Positions 51,827 through 64,000 of a stretch of DNA of 64,000 nucleotides are shown one piece after another. Positions within the stretch are counted from its first letter, which is position 1; every line of letters begins with the position of its first letter. The DNA comes from the human T2T-CHM13v2.0 reference genome, Homo sapiens, in assembly GCF_009914755.1 (NCBI RefSeq), contig NC_060944.1; one strand, 5' to 3'. The translations under genes and the position numbers were made by a program. Under the pieces are notes generated by a model, which had not been told where the DNA came from, ran no database searches, and saw only the letters and a program-made list of their open reading frames with translations.

Positions 51827-52136
51827 TCATATCACATCTGGTCTCTACGCCCAAAAGAAAATGATGAAAAAAATTAGCTGATTTCCTATATTATTTGTAT
51901 CCTGGTCTATCCTTGGTAAAGACTCTAACTCTAAGGTAGCAATCATGGCCATTATGGGATCTTAACAAGTCAGTGGTGGCTTCTATTGCTGTTTAATTTC
52001 TGTGTTTTATTTCTGACTTCAGGGAGTGAACAGGGGTGGTCCTCAGAAGTGCAAGGGATACAGTTAAAGAGGGGCGTTCTTCAGTGCAACAGTGGGTGAG
52101 GAACGTTGAATTACTGGCCTCAATCTTCACTGCCCC

Positions 52137-52512
52137 TGATAAGGTTTGGCTCTGTGTCCCCACCCAAATCTCATGTTGAATTGTAATTCCCAGTGTTGGG
52201 GGAGGGACCTGGTGGGAAGTGATTGGATCATGGGGGCAGATATACCTCTCGCTGTTCTTGTGATATTGAGTGAGTTCTCATGAGATCTGATGGTTTAAAA
52301 GTGTGTGGCACTTCCCCCTTCACTCTCTCCCTCTCCTGTCACAATGTGAAGATGTGCTTGCTTCCCCTTCACCTTCCGCTAAGATTGTAAGTTTCCTGAG
52401 GCCTCCCCAGCCATGCCTCCTGTATAGCCTGTGGAACTAGGAGTCAATTAAACCTCTTTTCTCTCCCAGTCTCAGGTAGTTCTTTATAGCAATGTGAGAA
52501 TGGACTAATACA
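52137..52512 (+). mobile_element. MSTA-like solo LTR inside an older MLT1 LTR (extending to ~53270)
   Basis: tgataaggtttggctctgtgtccccaccc...ggactaataca, TSD gcccc/ccccc. Confidence 0.85.
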
Positions 52513-52829
52513 CCCCCCACCACTGCCATCCACAACCTTCGCCATATAACTTTACAGTTCCTCCCACCAGGGAGGAATTCCCATCCCTTGACTGCAGGCT
52601 CAGTCATGTCTTCTGCTTTGGCCAATGGAATGTGGGTGGAAGTGACAGTGTGCCAACTTCATGCCTAAGCTTTAGGAGGTGCATGTGTTGCTACGTGCCC
52701 TCTCACACTTCTGCCCTCACCAAGAGGAGACCTTCCCTAGGCAGCCTGGGACCCAGAATAAATAAAATCAGCTCAACCAGAGGCACAGTCCCACCAAACC
52801 TGTGTCTCCAAACCCATATGACCAGCTGA

Positions 52830-53204
<375 letters not shown>

Positions 53205-53246
53205 TAGAATGTCATTGTGATTTTGTTACACTGTGATTGTTTGTTA

Positions 53247-53564
<318 letters not shown>

Positions 53565-54210
53565 TCAGATTTGCTTTGGTTTTGAAAAATGGAGGAGCAA
53601 GCTGATAACATTAATTAATGGATAATTAGATAAATCTTATGAACAATTAACATAGATAAAGAAAAATGCTTTTCTTTTACAGTTTTCTTAAAAAGTCAAT
53701 TTAGTTCATTTTCAGGTTAATGCTGGCTCTCCAAACTCATAGAAAAAATTGTGGATATGAACTTTAAAATAAATCAAAGCAGAAGGAATTCTCTGATTGT
53801 CACAATAATGTGAGTTGAGTGTACTGGTTAATTAAATATTTCAATTAATAGATGGTTATCAGGACGCTCACAGTGACCTTCAGAAATTAGAATAGGCATT
53901 AAAGTGACACTGAATTAAATATAACTGTTCTGGAATACAGAAAACTTTTCAGGATCTTACAGCACCTCATGTGCTATACTCTTGGACATGAATTACCACC
54001 ACATCATAAACTCTGGACACACTGAGAAAGATGGAACAGCAGAATGCAAATAATCATGTTTACTAGACTGCATTCAAGGCTCATGCTTGGAAGAGCAGCT
54101 GCAGCCAGGCTGTCATTTGGAAAACAGTGACACTGGTTCTGGTGGTTCCTCTAGAAGTAAGTAAACCGTGCCTCATGGTGTCGAAACCCTGACTTTAATC
54201 TGCTCACCTC

Positions 54211-54507
54211 TTTTTTTTTTTTTTTTTTTGGAGACAGAGTCTCACTCTATCACCCAGGCTGGAGTGCAGTGGCATCATCTCGGCTCACTGCAACCTTCAC
54301 CTCTTCAAGTGGTCCTCCTGCCTCAGCCTCCCAAGTAGCTGGGACTACAGGCATGTGCCACCACGCCTGGCTAATTTTGGTATTTTTAGTAGAGATGGGG
54401 TTTCACCATCTTGGCCAGGCTGGTCTCGAACTCCTGACCTCAGGTGATCCGCCCGCCTCAGCCTCCCAAAGTGCTGGGATTACAGGTTTGAGCCACCGCG
54501 TCTGCCC
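54211..54507 (-). mobile_element. AluS-like element with internal deletion
   Basis: Antisense Alu. Confidence 0.85.
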
Positions 54508-54548
54508 TGACTTACGATGAGCCACAGCAAGATATAGGGTACTCTTAC

Positions 54549-54673
54549 CTCTAAGATTTAGTTTTTCTAGTGGTTCTCCTTGTTCAAGTTCCTTATTTTT
54601 AAAGTATGCTATGGATGTGTCTTTAAAGATAAACCAATATTGTTTGAAAGCTTTTGGTAGTAACTTCTTGGGC
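54549..54673 (-). CDS. FERMT1: Kindlin-1 exon 10 (PH domain)
   Basis: ttgcag|GCCC...TTAGAG|gtaaga. 125 nt, [41 protein letters not shown]. Confidence 0.97.
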
Positions 54674-55464
54674 CTGCAAATTCAAAGATAGTGAATGTTT
54701 AAACCACCACCCAGAAATGTGGAACACGCTGCAGATTTCAAGCAGATCAGATCAGATGTTTGTGTCAAAGAAAACACACTTTGTTTTTTCAAAAATAATT
54801 TCAAATTGCTAATTTCCAAGCGCTGGAAATGAAATGCTGATATGTGATGTAGATTTTAACACTAAGCCTCCACCTGGGGCCACACCTGGCTCTGCTACTG
54901 TCTACACGTGTGTCCTGGGAAAGATCCTGCACTTACCTGGGCTGCGTGCACTGCCTCTGTGTGATGGGGACCGTCGTAGTCTGGGAACCCAGGGCTTTTG
55001 TGAGGACAGAATGAGTTCATCTACATGAAGAGCTTATCACAACACCTGATGCAACTGAAGTGTTAACTGTGATGGTGTATGTGAGGAACCGACATGAATC
55101 TGGTGACATTTGGAATCTCGGCATACTTTTTGCATTTGAAAAAGCTGTCGATATGGACAGCCCAAGCTTCAGGTTACCATACATACAAGTCAGATATAAA
55201 CATGAGCAGCATTTTCTGTAGTTTCCTCTTCACCCTTAAGAGAAACTATGGGAGAATTCTCAGTGAACCATGGAAATCAGCGATATCTACAGCTAGTCAA
55301 TATAGACTCTACTGTTATTAAAAACTATTTTGGGGAAAGGTATCCAGCTGTGGTATTGGTATCTGTTGGGGCCAGAAAACTTTATACAGTGGACTAGACA
55401 AGGTTGGTGGTGCCAGTGGCAGGCCTAAAGGTTGGGTCATTCAAAATAGGAAACGTGAGAATGA

Positions 55465-58138
<2,674 letters not shown>

Positions 58139-59245
58139 TTATATCTACATCTGTGTGTGACACAGCCTTGGCTCTGATTTCTCAAGAGATACTTTTCATT
58201 TCCACACAGAACCCCATGCAAGGATGAACTTCCTTACTGCTTTCTTTGGCTAATGGGTAGTTTTTCTATTTTTCATTCAACAGAAGGGCAGCCTTTGCTC
58301 ATTTCCACCTTTAGGCAGGCGCTTCAGTTCTCACTTCCTGCTTCACACAGGACTGAAAGGTTCATCTTCTATCCCTACATGGGAATTAAAATCCTAGCCT
58401 CAAACCATGACAACCTGTCTCTATTCCCTAAATTCCTCTGTGTGGCTGATGCTGCGTTTGTAGAACTAGATTCCTGCCTCATTTCCTGTAAGTTGGCATT
58501 TCTGTTTCACTTCATGATTAATTCTGTATTTATAATTCTTTTATTTTATCTAGCATGCATATGTATTCATAGCAAGATAAGAGTTTGCATTAGAGCTGAT
58601 ACCCTGTTGCTAGAAACTGAAGTCCACTATTTATATGATAAATTTAATAGATTTTTTTAAATAAAAAAAGAGCTTCACTGTAATAGAAAGAACTTAAAAA
58701 TCAAAGGATTAGTTCAATGCTCTTAGTACTGATGAGGAAAGAAGGTCTAGGGAAATGAAGGGCCTATTAGAGGTCCCACCTTACCAGGAATAGAGTTCCA
58801 CTCTCGAATCTCCCTCCCCTCTTCCCTCCTACGAGCTCTCTCTCCTTCCTTCATTTGTTTCTTCTTTCCATGAACTATATTATATATTCAATGCAACATC
58901 TTGAGACCTTAGATAGTATCCACTGGCCAAATATGAGGGCAATTTTGAGAGTATAAGTCACACCGAAAGCCTGTGACAGTTCAGGGTAGCATAAGTGATA
59001 TGGATTCAACTCCAGCATCACTTTCTTCATCAGAAACATCTATAGGAAGGCTACAGTCACCATTTGGTTCATGAGGGGCTTGATTTGCCCTCTACAGAGA
59101 ATGTGGCAACTCATTTTTTTGTGGAACAATTATGAATACTTTATTAAGATGTACTTGTGGATTCAAATTGTTACTTTTTTCCTGTAGCTCTGATTATAAC
59201 AATATGAGTGAAATGTGGTTACAACCATTTATGCCAGGGAAGTTA

Positions 59246-59593
<348 letters not shown>

Positions 59594-59657
59594 CTACAAT
59601 CACAGTAAGAAATCCCCAAAACCATACCTGTAGAAACCCAGTGACAAATATTGTTAC

Positions 59658-59781
59658 CTTTGGACACTTGTTTGTCATTTATACCGGCTTCATTGCTCAT
59701 TCTTTCTAATTCTTTCTTTGCATCATGTGTTATCAAAAGCAACTTGTGTTTCCTTTAAAGCCAACTGCCCCAGTGAAGTGC
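59658..59781 (-). other. FERMT1: Latent FERMT1 pseudoexon (inactive in this allele)
   Basis: Donor AAG|gtaaca at 59658/59657. Pyrimidine tract ending caacGG, so the acceptor lacks one A. Confidence 0.7.
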
Positions 59782-60522
59782 CCGTTGGTTAAGAAAAGTC
59801 AACAAACCATAAAGTGAAATAAGGAACTGACAGGACTTCAAAGAGCCTTGTTTCTTTCAACCTAACATACGCTGGCACCATTGCAGAGGTGGCAGTTCAT
59901 TATTTCCATGGAAAAATAAAACTCCTTCTCTGCCTTTTTAGCAGTTTCAGGTCAACCTGAGGTGATGGAGGAGTTTATCAGAAGTACTTAAACAGGTAGA
60001 TAAACTAAGGTGACTACTCTCTGTAAGCCCAGGATCAAAGTTCTAGAGAGAAATGGCTTTTAAATTATAAGCCTTCAAATGGTATCAGCGTACTGAGCCT
60101 CCCAGATGGAACCTACTAGAAGCTCTAGTATGGCGGATGTGTTTATTATTGCTGATGTGAACCCAGCCATTCACTGAGGGTTCACGCTGCCATTCACTGA
60201 GCATGTACTATGAACCAGGTACCACGCTCAGTGCTTCATATGCATTATTTCATTGAATCCTCCCAACAAGCCCAAGGGGAGGTATATTCCCATTTTATAG
60301 ATTGGAAAATGGAGGCTCAGAGACATAATATATTGCTCAAGGTCACCTAGCTGGTGTGTGTGGTAGAGCTACGACTCAACCCATTGTTTGTCTGATGGCA
60401 AAGCGCACATTTTACCTTTGAACCATGAACCTGCCTCAGGGATATATAATTTAAACTCCTGCACTCTTTATCTTCAAGACTTTGTTATGAGTAACTCCTT
60501 TTCCCCATAAAAGTTTACTTAC

Positions 60523-60572
60523 CTAAATAATTTGAGATTATCTGCAAGTTTAGGGATATCAGTAATGTCCTC
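60523..60572 (-). CDS. FERMT1: Kindlin-1 exon 9
   Basis: tcttag|GAGGAC...TTTAG|gtaagt. 50 nt, EDITDIPKLADNLKLF(R). Confidence 0.95.
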
Positions 60573-61828
60573 CTAAGAAAAAACAAATAAAGTTTCAAAA
60601 GCAGGAACTTCATAAGTGATGCTGATACTCAACCTGCACTGTCTAATATGGCAGTCCCTTGCTATATGTGCCTATTTAAATTTGAATTAATTCAAATTAA
60701 ATAAAATGAAAAACTCAGTTCTTCAGTTTACACTCGCTACATTTCTGATAGTTAACTGGGTGTGGGAGTAAGGAGGATTGGGAGGAGAATGGGGGCCCTG
60801 TTGAGGTCCCCTAGGTGGCTGGCAAAGTTCTGTTTCTTGATTTCAGTGGTGACTTGGGTGACAATTGAATACTAATTTGTTAAGCTGTACATATGTGTAT
60901 TTTTCACTTTTCTGTTTGTGTCGTAGATTACAAAAATGAAAAACGAGATGAAAAAAATGAAAAAGTGGATCAAGTACTCCCTATAACTATCATTCAAGTT
61001 AAAAATCTGAATTAGAAATGACTACTTTTATATGCAAACAAAAGATTTTATAATTTTTATATAAGAGTGGGTAACTCCTGCTACACCTAGGTCACTGATT
61101 AAACTTTCAAAGTGAACCTTGTTCAAAGTTCATTCTGTAATGTAGGCTGGTGCCTGTTTTCAAACTGAAAAGCCTATTGTTAGCATCACGTAAAACTATT
61201 AAGGGAGGGAGGACATAACTTTTTATTTATTCTAAAAAGAATTACTTTCCTGTTGTATTTATTCAGCGGAGAAAGTAGACAACAGAGAACTCCAAGTTCA
61301 TGGGGCCTATGTCTTCTATAAACGTGACACAGGGCCCTGCATCTCTACAGAATCTTGGCGTTTAGTTTGCACGAAGTATTTGCTCCTGAATGAGACCAGT
61401 TTCTTATTTTAGGACATTTAATGATAAGAGAACATACATTGAATGCAGAAGAATATAGTAACTAATTCTAATCCATGATTACTGCTTACATCTAATTATG
61501 GTGGACCCACCTCTCTGATTCAATGTGATTAATAATTATTCCCATGGCCGAAGTTAAACAAAAGTGTGGCACCTCATGAGTGAATTAAACAGGAGGGGCA
61601 TTTCAGTTATAAAGCTGACATTCACCTTTCATGGATAAGGAGAAAGAGATGACAAAACAGTTTTCTTTGTTTTATTGGAGGGTTTTCGTTTGTCTCCTGA
61701 AGTCAAAAGCATTCAGAAACTTTTTGCAATGTTCCAGAAAAAGGCCACAACTTTGGTCAAGCTTGTCTGGTTGAAATGGATGACCAAGTAAATAGAAATA
61801 AGGTTTTTATCGGTAAAGAATTTTCTTG

Positions 61829-62095
61829 GCCGGTCACAGTGGCTCATGCCTGTAATCTCAACACTTTGGGATGCTGAGGTGGGAGAGTCACTTGAGCCCT
61901 GGAGTTAGAGACCAGCCTGGGGAATATGGCAAACCTTGTCTCTACAAAAAATACAAAAATTAGCCAGGCACAGTAGTGTGTGTCTGTAGTCCCAGCTACT
62001 CCGGAGGCTGAGATGGGAGGACTGCTTGAGCCCAGGAGGCTGAGGCTGCAGTGAGCCTTGATTGCACTACTGATTGTCTCAGAAAAAAGAAAAAA
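61829..62095 (+). mobile_element. AluJ-like element
   Basis: Alu dimer with 3' deletion. Confidence 0.85.
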
Positions 62096-62482
62096 GGAAA
62101 CAATTTTCTTTATTCTATTCTCACAGCTGCTCCATGTAATAGACAGGGTGGTATTTTCTAGACTTAAGTTTAGGGACCAAGTCCACATTCCATGCTAGTG
62201 AAGTGGAGCCCTCAGCAGTGGCTCCTTCACACCATGCCAACTTACCTCTAGGAAGAAATATAACACAAAAGTATTGTCATTAGTAGAGATGAAAATATAG
62301 TCCCTTGTGGAGCTAACCCATGAAAAGTTAGTTCACTAGGTTGAAGCTTGTTAGGTGAAGAGCATCTTTTTTTTTTTTTTTTTTTCAAAATCAGATGAAA
62401 TATTCTCTTCTAATAAAGAAAAGTTCATTTATACTTGTCAATCAGAAGAAAGCCACAGTTCTGGGTGATCAGAAAAAGTTCA

Positions 62483-62617
<135 letters not shown>

Positions 62618-63011
62618 CTAAAATGAAAACAGACGTTTTAGAAATGTTATAAACAGAAATGTTATAAATATAAATGAATCCATTAGCCATTTTTTTCTTT
62701 GAGGACTATTCCCTTGGAATACTGAACATCTCCTAAACAGAGGTCTCCTTCCCGTGTGGGGAAAATGACATTTTAACCTGAATCGTTCTGAGGTTCATGG
62801 TTAGTCATGTTACAACTGGCTCTTTCTCATCACTGATTGTGCTCACAGTAGGGAAGAGATAATAATTGCAAGACTAGTGTCTTACAGAGGATGTGAGCGT
62901 GTGTGGATTATGAGGAGCATTTTAAATTAAAAATTTGTTCTGGTCTGAAGAAGAAAGCAAAATAAAAAATACAGAAAACAATTGCTCTCCTTATTTTCAG
63001 ATATTTCTTCA

Positions 63012-63215
<204 letters not shown>

Positions 63216-63374
63216 CTAGAGACAAAAACAGAGGTGTGTGTGTAATGAGGTATATTTATATCCCACAATACAAAGATTCTGAAACAACTGAGGCCATTCT
63301 CTGTTAATCAGATGCAGCAAACTTCAGCTCAGGTAAGTGAAAGGAATACTTCTATTGTGCCATATACTCAGCAC

Positions 63375-63749
<375 letters not shown>

Positions 63750-64000
63750 TGATTCCATTATTTTCTCTCTCTTTTATTACTACATATTGGTAGTAATAGA
63801 TAGTAAAAATGGTTTATATGATAAACAGTGTAATAAGTAAACAGTGTAATAGAAGGGATCCCCATGCTGATCTGCAAGCCCAGTGCAATCCCAAGCAGAA
63901 TCCGATAGGATTTTTTAAATGAAACTTTATACAAGCTGATTCTCAAGTTGAGGCTGGTGGAAGACATAATGTTCAAATATTGCCAAGAAATTGAAAAAGA

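Noticed and set aside
60567-60575. Tandem TAG-GAG acceptor at FERMT1 exon 9 (and CAG-GAG at exon 12)
   Set aside because: GAG is rarely used as the distal NAGNAG acceptor, and the sequence gives no evidence of use.

Overview
Human (great-ape-type) genomic DNA that I recognise as the 20p12.3 CRLS1 / LRRN4 / FERMT1 locus. The + strand carries the last coding exon and 3' UTR of CRLS1 (cardiolipin synthase). The - strand carries the complete LRRN4 gene: a non-coding exon 1 plus four coding exons that splice by hand into 2223 nt = 740 aa + stop. About 22 kb of repeat-rich intergenic DNA follows, then FERMT1 (kindlin-1) exons 7-15 and 3' UTR on the - strand, all with GT-AG boundaries in consistent phase. 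Much of the window is Alu, MIR, L1/L2, MaLR LTR and DNA-transposon sequence, and most ORFs in the supplied track are Alu-derived or shadow ORFs. I found no new gene system, CRISPR array or RNA gene. The best structural observations are: (1) a 160-bp locally templated insertion with microhomology junctions in LRRN4 intron 3; (2) a latent 124-nt FERMT1 pseudoexon one CpG transition from activation; (3) two same-orientation Alus sharing a perfect 30-bp tract 3919 bp apart around FERMT1 exons 10-11, next to a tight inverted Alu pair; (4) LTR-supplied poly(A) signals for CRLS1 and for a truncated 495-aa kindlin-1; (5) a consensus CTCF site in the last FERMT1 intron. Gene names, exon numbers, repeat subfamilies and known alleles come from memory and were not searched. 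Repeat boundaries are approximate.
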